Origin: an uncultured delta proteobacterium
Lineage (GTDB): Bacteria > Myxococcota > Myxococcia > Myxococcales > Anaeromyxobacteraceae
Direction: 5' to 3'
Length of the DNA: 64,000 nt
Assembly: GCA_963845515.1 (NCBI GenBank)
Contig: CAWJSR010000015.1
Location: forward strand, 79,752-143,751
Position numbers and translations under genes: made by a program. This document shows, one piece after another, positions 42,555-55,000 of this stretch. Every line of letters begins with the position of its first letter. Positions within the stretch are counted from its first letter, which is position 1. The notes under the pieces were generated by a model. It was not told where the DNA came from and made no database searches. It worked only from the letters and a program-made list of their open reading frames with translations.

Positions 42555-42691
42555 CGACGGAGCGCCGGCGAGTGGGCGCCGAGACGGACTGCGCGGCCAG
42601 CTGAGCTCGCGGGGCACATGGCTGCGCCCGCGCCAGGGACTCGAACCCGGCGAAGGACCATGTAGTCCCGGCAGCATCCGGCGCTCCGTCG
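42555..42691 (-). ncRNA. Y RNA-like element Y3
   Basis: Perfect 14-bp terminal stem; GCCGGATG..GCCGGGACTACA scaffold; GGTTCGAGTCCC T-arm, closed acceptor stem, AGCTCAGCTGG D-like arm. Confidence 0.8.
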
Positions 42692-42716
42692 CGGCCGTCC
42701 GGTTCCGATGGTGAAC

Positions 42717-42858
42717 GGACGGACCGCCGGCGAGGTGGTGCCGAGACATGTCCTGCTCTGCCGGCTGAGCTACCCGGGGTAACGGTCCCCGCGGCAGGAT
42801 TCGAACCTGCGACCCGGCACGTATGAGTGTAGTCCCGGCTGCATCCGGCGCTTCGTCC
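42717..42858 (-). ncRNA. YrlA-like Y RNA Y2
   Basis: GCAGGTTCGAATCCTGC T-arm, then acceptor hairpin, then TAGCTCAGCCGGCAGAGCA D-arm, inside the scaffold. Confidence 0.85.
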
Positions 42859-42884
42859 ATCCAGCGAACCGATACGACTGCGAA

Positions 42885-42997
42885 GGGAGCCGACGAGGAC
42901 TTCGCCGAGAGACGTTATCATTCCTAGCGAGTGTAGCTCCCTCGGCCGGGGCGATCCGGACCGATGATCCGATGTCCCGGCCGGCATCCGCGCGCTC
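42885..42997 (-). ncRNA. Divergent Y RNA-like element Y1 without a tRNA-like domain
   Basis: CGGATG, GCCGAGGGA/TCTCTCGGC stem, CTACACTC and CCTCGTCGGC shared with Y2; starts right after the TROVE stop. Confidence 0.5.
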
Positions 42998-43004
42998 ACG
43001 CATC

Positions 43005-44569
43005 TCAGACCTTCACCTCCTCGATGACCTTCGCCCAGTGCTCCGCGTCGCCGAGCCCGTCGCGCCGGAACGCGGCGATGACCTCGAACACCTGGTCCGA
43101 GAAGCCGCCGACGTTGAGGACGTCGTCGCCGGTCCGCGGCCTGCGTGGTCGCCGTAGCGGCTGCAGGTCGATGCAGACCAGCCTGGCGCCCGGGTTGCGC
43201 GCCTTGAACGCGCGACCACTCCTTCATCGTCGCCGTGCCGCGCCCCGCGCCGGACGTCGATCCAGGACTCGTTGTCCGACACGTAGATCACCAGGTCTCC
43301 CTTCGCCCGCGCCGGTTCAGCTCCGCGAGCGGCGCGCTGCAGTTGGTGCCGCCGCCGCCGAGCGCCGCGAGCGCCGCGGCGTTGGTCGTCACCGTGTCGC
43401 GCGGGTTCGAGCCGCGCCTGCTTCACGCCCTCCGCGAACGGCAGCACCTCCGCCGTCCGGGTTCTTGCGGAGGAGCGCCGCCGTCACGAGCGCCGCCACG
43501 TCGAGGCAGGTCACCTTCGTCGTCGCGCCCCGGCGGTGACCGGTCACCGGCGAGCTCATCGAGCCGGAGGTGTCCGGGCAGACGTAGACCTTGCCCGTCC
43601 ACCGCCGGCACGTTGCTGCCGTGGCGATCTCCATCGCGTCGCCGAGCGCCTCCTTCACCGCGCCGCGGCACGTCGCTCGCCATCGTCCAGGCCGCGAGGA
43701 GCTGGTACGGGAAGACCCGCGCCCGGCGGATGGCCTCGGCGGTCGCGCAGCTTCGCCGCGATCGCCTCGGTCACCCCCTCCTCCTCGAAGACACCGTGCC
43801 GCGCGAAGGTGGCCAGGTTCATCCGCGATCGTCTGCCAGCTCGCCGGCGCGCGATGGCCGCCCACTCCTGGCGCCCGAGCGGCAGCGCCGTGAGGATGAG
43901 GAACGGGACGTCCGGCACCTCGGCCGTCGCGCCCGCCTTGAAGGCCTCGTAGGCCCTCACGACGGCCGGCAGCAGCTGCGCGTCGTGGGCCCGCCCGAGC
44001 AGGTAGCCGTAGAAGGCGCGGCGCTCGGCGGTGGCCGGCTTCGGGTGGACCATCTTCACGACGTCCGCCAGCGACGGGTCCTGGCCGACCGAAGCGCGGA
44101 AGAGCTGGTCGCCGTCGCGCGCCGCGAGCCACTCGCGGACGAGCCGCTTCGGCCGCGAGCCGAGCGACTTGCGCCCGACGACGCCGGACCGGACGATCTG
44201 CACGAAGGTGCGGAGCATCCGGGCGTCGGTGACGACGCGCGGGAAGGCCGCGGCGAAGGCGTCCGGCGCGCGCGCCGAGAGGTGGGCGAGCAGGAGCGCC
44301 GGCATGTCCTTCATGAAGGCCCGCTCGCGGGCGTAGACGGCCGTCTTCGCCACGAAGTCGGCGTCGACGTCGGCGGCGAGGGCGAGCACCTTCTCGAGCT
44401 GCTCGCCGGCGGAGGCGTAGAAGGTCCCGTTCAGGCAGCCGGTCGCGGCGTACTGCGCGAGCGCGCCCTTCGGCGAGCGCGCGTAGGCCCGGCCGCCCGC
44501 CTCGTTGACGGCGGCGGCGCGCGGCAGGAGCTTCCCGGCGATCGAGCTGAAGAGCGACTTGTTGGCCAT
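43005..44569 (-). CDS. Ro60/TROVE-vWA protein (Rsr-like; many frameshifts)
   Basis: NEAGGRAY, LAQYAATGCLNGTFY, MKDMPALL, RMNLATFARHGVF, DTSGSMSSP, VSDNESW, VGGFSDQVF. Confidence 0.88.
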
Positions 44570-44588
44570 GACGTTCCCTCCGTCCCCG

Positions 44589-44624
44589 CCGCCGCTCGGC
44601 CCGCTGATTCGGGCCGAGCGGCGG
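44589..44624 (-). other. Perfect 15-bp hairpin in the TROVE 5' UTR
   Basis: ccgccgctcggcccg-ctgatt-cgggccgagcggcgg. Confidence 0.7.
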
Positions 44625-44647
44625 ACGCGTGCGACGCAGACGGAGAA

Positions 44648-44663
44648 AGCAGCCGGCGTGCCA
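44648..44663 (-). promoter_or_regulatory. Sigma-54 promoter of the TROVE/Y RNA unit
   Basis: TGGCACGCCGGCTGCT, identical to the rtcB promoter. Confidence 0.85.
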
Positions 44664-44726
44664 GCGGGCCGCGGCAGCTAACACTCCGGATTCGTTGGGG
44701 CGGACGGCAGGGAATGGCGGCGCGTG

Positions 44727-44740
44727 TATCCCTATGGATA
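44727..44740. promoter_or_regulatory. Putative RtcR upstream activating site
   Basis: TATCC-CTAT-GGATA, 64 bp from the sigma-54 site. Confidence 0.6.
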
Positions 44741-44754
44741 AGATGGCGAGATGT

Positions 44755-45142
44755 TCAGCTAAGGCTATTGAAGCCTCGCCGCCTCAGCTCCACCAGCCAC
44801 GCCTCAATCTCGGCGACGTTGGGAGGCTCCTCGGGGAGCACCGTGTGGGACAGGGCGGCATCGAGGACGTCGAAGGCGCGGCCGACCTCCCTTCGCCACC
44901 GCTCCGCGACCTCGGGCGCTAGCTCCGTCCGCTCCCCGCGCCGCTTCGCTTCCACGAGCTCACGCGCTGCTGCGAAGCCGTGCTCGTCGAGCAGGAGCGT
45001 GACGTCCGTCTCGATCTGGCCAGTGAGGAGCGCGTGCGTGCCGGCCGGAGAGGGCGACGACGAGATGGCGCCGGGCGGCCGACTCCTCGTCGAGCGCCCG
45101 ATCTGCGACGGCCCGCTGCCTGGGATCGAGGACGTCGCTCAC
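44755..45142 (-). pseudogene. RlaP-like nucleotidyltransferase 2, copy with ~404-bp internal deletion
   Basis: Aligns to 58342-59133 but lacks about 58632-59035, including the GHAYG..DSDLD motif. Confidence 0.88.
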
Positions 45143-46399
45143 GTGGACACCTCGCGCAGCTCTGGGGGTGGCGTCGCGTCGACGCCGAACGGACCAGGCG
45201 TGCGCTCGACCCGTCGCCGGGCGACCTCCTCCCCGATCGTGCGCAGGAGCGCGTCGGCGCGGGCGAGGTCGGGACGCTTCGGAAGCGTGGAGGCGTCTCG
45301 CGCGGCCTCGAGCGCCGGAACGAGCCGCTCCGCCTCCGCGAGCACCGAGTCGAGATCGACAGCGCCCTTCTTGATCTCGAGAAGGCGGTCGCGGACGGCC
45401 CCCTTCATCTCGAGCTCCGGGCGCCCGGTCCGAAGCCATCCCGTGGCGACGTGGATGAGCCGCAGGAGGTTGTAGGCGTTCTTCGGCCGGAGCTCGCGAG
45501 CGGGCTCTGGCTGCTTCCCACCTCCCCGTGCATATCGGACGAGCGCAGTGAAGTCGTTCGCGTCCAGCAGCCCCTGGTCGAAGAGCGAGCGGTAGAGCTG
45601 CTTCACGTACTCCCTCGCCGCAAGGAGGCCGTCCGCCGGCGTCGGCGCGGGCCTCGGCGAGATGGCAGCGAGCCGCGCGGCGACCGCGTCGAGCCCGGGG
45701 GGCGGATCCTCCTTGAGCCAGTCCAGGACCAGCCCCCGGTGTTCCGCGAGGCGCGCCGACCGCGAGAGCTTCCCGAGCTGGCTGACCGCATACCGGCCGA
45801 AGCTCCCGAACAAGTCCACCGACACGAACGCGTCGCGGGCCTCGAGGAGCCACTCGCCGATCGGATCGGTCGGGCGCACCGTGTGGACGAAGAGGAGCTC
45901 GAGGGTGTTCGGGTCCGCGCGGACCGCCTGCAGGATCGCCTTCCGGTGCTCCCAGTAGGTGATGCTCCCGTCGGCGCTCGTGAGCGTGCCGGGTGGGTCG
46001 ACGAGCCCGACCGTCCAGGGAAACGGCAGGACGAACACGCCACGCAGGTCGGTGTCCGAGCCTTCGTCGGCGAGCCCCCATGCGCGCGACCCGACCGTGG
46101 CCTCGAGGACTACGCACGGCCGCAGGGCGTCCCAGTCTGCGGCACGCTGCTCCGCGAATCTCACCTGTCCTGGGCGACGCGGCAGGAGCTCCTCGCGCGC
46201 GTACCGGACGACGCCGACGCCGGTGACCTGGACGTCGAAGCCGTCGTCGCGGATCGCGACGACTCGCCCGACGCCCCCCTGCGGGATGCGGCGGTCCCCG
46301 AGCGTCCGCTCGACGCGGGTCGTCACCTCGGTGCCGTGCGGCAGCGGCACGGCCAGCGGATCGATCGGCGCGAGCCCTTCTGGGTGATGGGGATTCGAC
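45139..46399 (-). CDS. RlaP-like (pol-beta) nucleotidyltransferase 1 with N-terminal SH3-like region
   Basis: VGSRAWGLADEGSDTDLRGVF, PNTLELLF, KNAYNLLRL, RLLEIKKG; start codon appears disturbed by one extra base compared with the 60204 copy. Confidence 0.8.
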
Positions 46400-46445
46400 T
46401 CGGCGAGAGTAGCAGCAGCGCCCGGATTCGCCGACGCCGCCCTCG

Positions 46446-46814
46446 TCAGTAGAACCAGTGAAGTTGTTCGAGGAACCGGGTGAGCCGATCGAAGGCACGG
46501 TCGCCGTCGACGGTTCGGTGCCACTGCCGCCCAGGAACCGCTGTGTCGACGAATCGAAACTCAAGCTGTCCGTCGGCCTGCGGCGAGATCCGGAGGTGCG
46601 GCAGGTCGGGGCGATACGGGGCTGGCTGCTGAACGAGGCACAGGGTGTGCATCGACGTCCACGCGTGAAGCCCGTGCACATACCGCGAGCCCATGATTGC
46701 CCTTACGAGCTGGAGCATCGCGCTGAACGCCAGCCCCGCGTTCGCCATGCACCTGAAGCATTCCTCGATTTCGCGCCAAGGACGGGTCATCGACAGGTGT
46801 TCTTGCTCGGTCAT
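46446..46814 (-). CDS. Hypothetical protein
   Basis: MTEQEHL...GLHAWTSMHTL...FLEQLHWFY; lower GC than neighbours. Confidence 0.55.
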   Translation of the reverse strand: MTEQEHLSMTRPWREIEECFRCMANAGLAFSAMLQLVRAIMGSRYVHGLHAWTSMHTLCLVQQPAPYRPDLPHLRISPQADGQLEFRFVDTAVPGRQWHRTVDGDRAFDRLTRFLEQLHWFY

Positions 46815-47221
46815 CGTGGCCTCACTTCCTCGCACGCGATCCGTTTCGGCAGGAGCCGACCCGGTGGTGGCCGGCAGCAATGTAACGCCGTAGCATGCGA
46901 GCCGATGGCGGAGTTTCGGAGAGAGGCGTGTGGCGTCGTTCGCGGTGCGAACCGATGCGGCTGCGCTTCACCGGTCCGACACCGGGTCGATCTCCGGTCC
47001 GCTCTTCCTTCGCTTCTCTGGGGACGCGTTCCGAGATGATCACTGGAACGACTTCCCCGTCGTCGGCCGCGGGCCCGTGATCGAAGTGCGGCCTCCACGC
47101 TCGTGACCTGCGCGGAGCGTGACCCCGCGGCACGAGCGGCGCGGTCGCGCCTGCACGTCGCCCGCGCCTCGGTTAGATTCCTGCCCGTGTCCGCCCCGCC
47201 CCGTCCCTTCACCGCTGCCCC

Positions 47222-47996
47222 GTGGCCCGCGAACCCGTCGACGGAGCTCCCCACCGTCGCCGCGCCGGTGGTGCAGCTCCGCGGGCTGATGAAGGAGTAT
47301 GGCCAGCTCACGGCGCTGGGCGGCGTGGACCTCGACATCGCGCCGGGCGAGATCTTCGGCCTGCTCGGCCCCAACGGCGCTGGCAAGACCACGCTCATCT
47401 CCATCGTGGCCGGCCTGGTCCGCGCCACTGCCGGCACGGCCACCGTGCTGGGGCGCGACGTGGTGAAGGACTATCGCTTCACCCGCCGGGCGGTCGGCCT
47501 GGTGCCGCAGGAGATCAACTTCGACCCGTTCTTCACGGTGGAGGAGTCCCTGCGCTTCCAGGCCGGCTACTTCGACCTGCGGCTGGCCGACTCCAGGGTC
47601 GAGGAGATCCTCGGCGCCCTCGACCTGCTGCAGAAGCGCGACGTGAGCTGCCGCCACCTGTCGGGCGGCATGAGGCGCCGCCTCCTCATCGCGAAGGCGC
47701 TGGTCCACGACCCCAGGGTGCTCTTCCTCGACGAGCCCACCGCCGGGGTTGACGTCGAGCAGCGGCGTGCCCTCTGGGCCTACGTGAGGACCCTCCGCGA
47801 GCGCGGAACCACGGTCGTCCTCACGACCCACTATCTGGAGGAGGCCGAGGCGCTCGCCGATCGGATCGGCATCATCGACCATGGCCGCCTCCTGTTGGTG
47901 GAGGAGAAGGCCGCGCTGCTCCGGCGCCACGGCGATCGCTCCCTGGAGGACGTCTACGTCGAGCTGGTTGGCAGGAAGCAGGAGGGGCCGCCGTGA
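47222..47996 (+). CDS. ABC transporter ATP-binding protein (YadG-like)
   Basis: [34 protein letters not shown]; start approximate. Confidence 0.9.
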
Positions 47997-48754
47997 TCTC
48001 GCTCGGCCTGCGCACGCTCCTCGTCAAGGAGGTGCGCCGCTTCCTCCGGGTGCCGGGCCAGACGCTTGCGTCACCATTGGTCACCACCACGCTCTACTTC
48101 CTGGTGTTTGGCTGGTCCATCGGCCACCAGCTCCGCGCCGTGGACGGCGTGCCCTACGCACGCTTCATCGTGCCGGGGCTGGTGGTCATGGGGGTGGTGC
48201 AGAACGCCTATCTCAACAGCGCCTCCTCGCTCTTCGTCATGAAGCTGCAGGGGACCATCGTCGACCTGCTCGTCTCGCCGCTGGCCTACTGGGAGATCCT
48301 GGCTGGCTTCGTCGGGGCGGCGGTGGTGAGGGGCCTGCTCATCGGCCTCGTCACCTGGCTGGTGGCGGGGCTCTTCACCGGCTTCGAGGTGGCCCACCCG
48401 GTCCTGACGCTCGCCATGCTGGTCCTGGTGGCGGTGATCTTCGCCGGGCTGGGGGTGGCCTCTGCCATATGGGCCCAGACCTTCGAGCAGGTGAACTTCT
48501 TCCCGACCTTCTTCATCCTGCCGCTCACCTTCCTGGGCGGGGTCTTCTACTCGGCTCGCGCCCTGCCGCCTGCGCTCGAGCCCTTCACCCGGGCCAACCC
48601 GGTCTTCTACATGGTGGACGCCGTCCGCTTCGGGATGCTGGGCATCTCCGACGCACCGCCGGCCGCCAGCGCGGCGCTGGTGGCGTTCCTGGCCCTCGGC
48701 TCGCTGATCGGCCCCTACCTCCTGCTCCGGTCCGGCTGGCGCCTGCGCGGCTGA
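47993..48754 (+). CDS. ABC-2 permease (YadH-like)
   Basis: KEVRRFLR, FIVPGL, PLTFLGGVFYS, NPVFYMVD. Confidence 0.9.
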   Translation: MISLGLRTLLVKEVRRFLRVPGQTLASPLVTTTLYFLVFGWSIGHQLRAVDGVPYARFIVPGLVVMGVVQNAYLNSASSLFVMKLQGTIVDLLVSPLAYWEILAGFVGAAVVRGLLIGLVTWLVAGLFTGFEVAHPVLTLAMLVLVAVIFAGLGVASAIWAQTFEQVNFFPTFFILPLTFLGGVFYSARALPPALEPFTRANPVFYMVDAVRFGMLGISDAPPAASAALVAFLALGSLIGPYLLLRSGWRLRG

Positions 48755-48758
48755 CGAG

Positions 48759-50553
<1,795 letters not shown>

Positions 50554-50629
50554 CTACACGGGGTTCGCGCTGGCGGTCGTCGGGGCGGTCATTCGCAGCC
50601 GCCGCCCGTGATGCGGATCCCCAACGCCG

Positions 50630-50700
50630 GGCGCCATCGGGTTGTGCGTCCCCCCCTCGACCGTGACGGTCGAGCGACCCTTCGCGAGGGCCCCGATGCT
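50630..50700 (-). pseudogene. Short rtcA remnant
   Basis: ggcgccatcgggttgtgcgtccccccctcgaccgtgacggtcgag nearly identical to rtcA ~39156-39200 (GGTHNPMAP). Confidence 0.75.
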
Positions 50701-50790
50701 ACGGGCTCGACGTGCGTGTCCTCGCCGCGTCCCCGCGCTAGAGTGTCGCGGATCGTGCGCCCTCCCGGCGCAGCGGAGCGCCTCCCGTCG

Positions 50791-52000
50791 ATGACCCCCG
50801 TCCCTCCGCTACCCGTCGAGCCGCTCCGGTACCACCTGGAGGTCGTCCGCCACCTCGAGGCGCAGGAGGTCGAGCTCTGGAAGTGGTTCTCCGCCGAGGC
50901 GCTCCGGGGCGAGCAGGCGGACGCTGTCCGGCTCGAGCTCCTCAAGTCGACCTATCGGCTCGACGCGGACGCACACGCCGCGCTCCACGCCGCGGCCCGG
51001 GAGGTCGCGGCGAAGCTCGGGCTCACCTCGCCCATCACCCTCTACCAGGCGCAAGGATCGACCTCCCTCAACGCCTCGCTCGCCTACCTCCCCGGCGAGC
51101 CCCACGTCGTCCTCCACGGACCGGTCACCGATCGCCTCACCCCGGCTGAGCTCCGCGCCGTCCTGGGGCACGAGCTCTCCCACTTCGTCCTGCTGGAGCG
51201 CTGGGAGGGGTTCCGCGTCGCGTCGCAGATCCTCCAGGCGATGGTCAATGACGAGGCCGTCGAGCCGGCCCACGTCGAGACCGCGCGCCGGTTCGGCCTC
51301 TACACCGAGGTCTACTGCGATCGCGGGGCGGAGCTCGCCTGCGGTGACCTCGCGGCCGCGGTCTCCGCGCTCGTGAAGATCGAGACCGGGATCGGCGAGG
51401 CGTCGGCCGAGAGCTTCCTACGGCAGGCCGACGAGATCTTCCGCAAGGGGAGCCCCCGCTCCTCCGGCGTCAGCCACCCGGAGACCTTCGTCCGGGCTCG
51501 CGCCCTCCAGCTCTGGTCCGAGCTCCCCTCGCGCGCCCCGGACGAGGTGCGGAGCGTGATCGAGGGGCCCCCCGCCCTCGGCGAGCTCGACCTGCTCGGC
51601 CAGCGTTCCGTCGCGGCCCTGACGCGCCGCCTGATCGCGACCTTCCTTCGCCCAGTCGTGGCTCCAGACCGACCCGCTGCTCGCCCACGCCCGGCTCTTC
51701 TTCGAGGATCTCGAGCCGGCCACGGCGGAGGATCCGGCGCTCGCGGGCGAGCTCGCGGCTGGCGACGAGAAGCTCCTCGACTACTGGTGCTACGTGCTCC
51801 TCGACTTCGCGGCCGCCGACCGGGATCTGGAGGACGCGCCGCTGGCCGCGGCCTGGCTCCTCGCTGGCGAGCTCTCCCTCGGGGAGCGCTTCCGCAGGCT
51901 CGCCGCGAAGGAGCTGTCGCTCAAGCGGAAGCAGCTGGAGGCGCTCGAGGCCGGGGCGGGCGCCATCGTGGCCCGCGCCGCGGAGGGCGAGGCGCCATGA
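50791..52000 (+). CDS. M48-like zinc metallopeptidase (frameshift near 51660)
   Basis: LRAVLGHELSH (HExxH), EVYCDR, SHP; stop overlaps the next ATG (ATGA). Confidence 0.75.
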
Positions 52001-55000
52001 CCTCCTTCCACGAGTTCCTCCGCAGCCGGCTCGCCGGTGGTGGGTTCTCCACCGGCGACGTCCTCGCCAGCTTCCTCCCGCTGGCTCGACAGGTGGTCGA
52101 CGCCCACGCGACCGGGAGGGTCGCCCCGCTCGACGGCGTCTCGGCGCTGCACGTCGAGGGGTCTCGCATCTGGTTCCACGACGACGCGCTGGAGCGCCCC
52201 TCCGGCGCGCCGGCGGAGCTGCGGCGGCTCGACCGTCCGGCGGGCACGGTCGAGGTGCTCAGCGATCGGCGGCGAACGCTCGACGTCGAGCGCGCCGGGG
52301 AGCGCGTCGCGAATCTGGAGGTGGGCGGGCGCGACGAGCCGCTGACGCGGCCGGTCTACCTGGCGGGCTACGCCTGCTGGGAACACGTCGTCGGCCATCA
52401 CGACCCCGTCACGGACGTCTTCTCCCTCGGGCAGGTACTGGCGAGCCTCGCCTGCGGCCTCGACCTCGCGGAGCCCGCGGACCTGGAGGCCTTCGTCTCG
52501 CATCGGCGGAACCTCTTCGCCCTGCGGCCCGGGCTCCACCCCGTCCTCGCCAAGGCGATCGTGAAGATGACGGAGCTGGGGCGGCGCGATCGGCCTCAGG
52601 AGCTCGCGACGCTGGTGCACAACCTGGAGCATTACCGCGACCAGGGCGTGGACTTCGACTTCGACCTCGCGAGCGCCGAGGCGACCGCCGGCGGCCGCGC
52701 CCGGCGTCCCGTAATCCTCGGCAAGCTCCGGGAGCGGCTCTTCGAGCTCTCCCGGCGGAATCGCCTCCTCCATTTCCGCGCGACGCTGTCGTCCGTCAAC
52801 CTGACGCACGCGTCGGTGCCGCTCGCGTTCGACGTCCAGCACGTCCAGCCCGAGCAGATCCTCACCTGGTCCGGCAGCTTCGCGGGCGCCCTCTCCTCGG
52901 GGGAGCCGGTCTCGCTCAACGGACACCTCGACTTCGCCGAGCAGCTCTACCTCCCGAGCGTCCTCGACCGGGTCCGGACCGACGCCGCGCGGGACGCGGC
53001 CGAGTTCGGCTTCGAGCAGCTCCGGCTCGCGATCTGCTTCCTGCGCTGGGCCAACCTGAAGGAGGACCCTCCCGACCACTACGACTCGCCGCTCGTCCTG
53101 CTGCCGGTCCGGCTCGTCAAGAAGAAGGGGGTCCGGGACTCCTGGTGGCTCCAGCCGCTCGGCACGGAGGCCGAGGTCAACCCGGTGGTCCGCCACCTCT
53201 TCGCGCAGCTCTATGGGATAGCGCTTCCCGAGACGATCGACCTCTCCGAGGGCAGCCTCGACGCCCTGTACGAGGAGCTGGCGGCGCGCATCGCGGTGAG
53301 CGAGCCCGGGGTGACGCTCCGGAAGATCCAGCGCCCCCGGATCGACCTCATCCACGACCTCGCCCGCCGGCGGCTCGATCGGTACCGGCGCTCCGCGCGG
53401 CTGGCGGGGCGCGGCATCCGGAGCTTCCTGGAGGTCGACTACAGCTACGACCCCGCCAACTTCCACCCGCTCGGGCTCGCGCTCTTCCGCGCGCGCGTGC
53501 GCGCCCGTCCGACGCACCTCCGGGAGATCCTCCAGGAGCGCCCCGCGCCGCGAAGCTGGGCGGCCCCTCCCGCGCCCGAGGAGCAGGCCGTCGCGACCCG
53601 CGAGGCGAGCTTCTACGCCCTCCGCGAGGCGAGCGACGACAACCCGTACCACTGGGACTTCGACCTGTGCCGGGTGACGCTGGGCAACTTCAAGTACCGG
53701 AAGATGACCCTGGTCCGCGACTACGCGCAGCTCCTCGAGGGCGACGCGGGGAACGAGGCGTTCGACGCGGTCTTCTCCCTGGCGCCACGCCCCGTGGAGT
53801 GGGAGGCCCCGCGCACGTCGCCGCTCCCCGAGCGCTACCCCGTCGTCTCGTGTGATCCCACGCAGGCCTCGGCCATCGCCCTCGCGCGCGCGGGGGCCAG
53901 CTACATCATCCAGGGACCGCCCGGCACCGGGAAGTCGCAGACCATCACCAACCTCGTCGCCGACTACGTCGTGCGAGGGAAGCGCGTCCTCTTCGTCTGC
54001 GAGAAGCGCGCCGCGATCGACGTCGTCTATGCACGGCTGCGTCAGCAGGGGCTCGACTCGCTCTGCTGCCTGATCCACGACTCGCAGGCCGACAAGAAGC
54101 CCTTCCTCCAGGACCTCAAGGCGACCTACGAGCGGCTCCTGGCCGAGCCGGCCGCGAACCCCCGCACCTGGCGGATCCGGCGCGCCGCGCTGCTCGACGG
54201 GATCCGCCGGGAGCTCGAGCCGCTCGAGGCGTTCGATCGCGCCATGCGCGCGGCGCCCGCCACGGCCGGCGTCCCGCTCCGGGCCGCGTTCGAGCGCGCG
54301 CTCGAGCTCGTGGACGAGCTCCCCGCCCTCGGCGCGCCCGCACGGGATGGGCTCCCCAACTACGCCGACTGGGTCGCCCACGCGGAGGCGGTGGCCGGGC
54401 TCACCGCCGCCGTCGCGGACCTGCAGCCGGACGCGATCTTCGCGCACCACCCGCTCCGCCTGCTCGGTCCTGCCGTCGTCGGCCACGCCCGGCCGGCCCA
54501 GCTCGTCGGCGCCGGCGTCACCGCCGCGAGCGAGGCGCTCGGGGCCCTCCGGGCGGCCCTGGCCGCCTCCGGCGTCGACCCGGCCCTCGCTCGAACGCTC
54601 GACGCCGCGCTCGCGCTCGGCGAGTGGGCGGACGGCGTGGCGTGGCTCGCGCGGCGGGATCTCGCTGCGCTCCTGGAGGAGCGGAGCGAGCCCTCCCGAC
54701 GCCTCGCGCGCGCTCGTCAGGCGCTCGCCGCCGCCCGCGAAGCCCTCACGCGCAGCACGGCGGCGACGACCCACTGGACCGAGAAGCTCCCCCGCGACGA
54801 GGCGGCCGCGGCCCTCGCGCAGGCCTCGGCGCTCGAGGGGAGCTGGCTGGCGCCCATCCGCCCCGCCTGGTGGCGCCTGCGGAAGGTGCTGACAGCGCGC
54901 TACGCCTTCGCGCGCCACGCGATCACCCCGACCTGGTCCCAGGTGCTGCGGGCCCTCGTGGCCGAGTACGAGGCCGGCGACGCAGTCGCCGCGGCCGACC

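Noticed and set aside
42590..42830. tRNA genes suggested by GGTTCGAATCC and TAGCTCAG motifs (also 57866-57930)
   Set aside because: The T-arm precedes the D-arm, and there is no anticodon arm or free CCA end; fits Y-RNA mimics
42555..42997. CRISPR array from the recurring tgtagtcccggc.gcatccggcgct motif
   Set aside because: Few units, ~160-nt period, structured interiors that pair with the repeat, no cas genes
46900..47100. Possible small gene remnant (SISGPLFLRFSGDAFRDDHWNDFPVV)
   Set aside because: Short, no clear start, family cannot be supported
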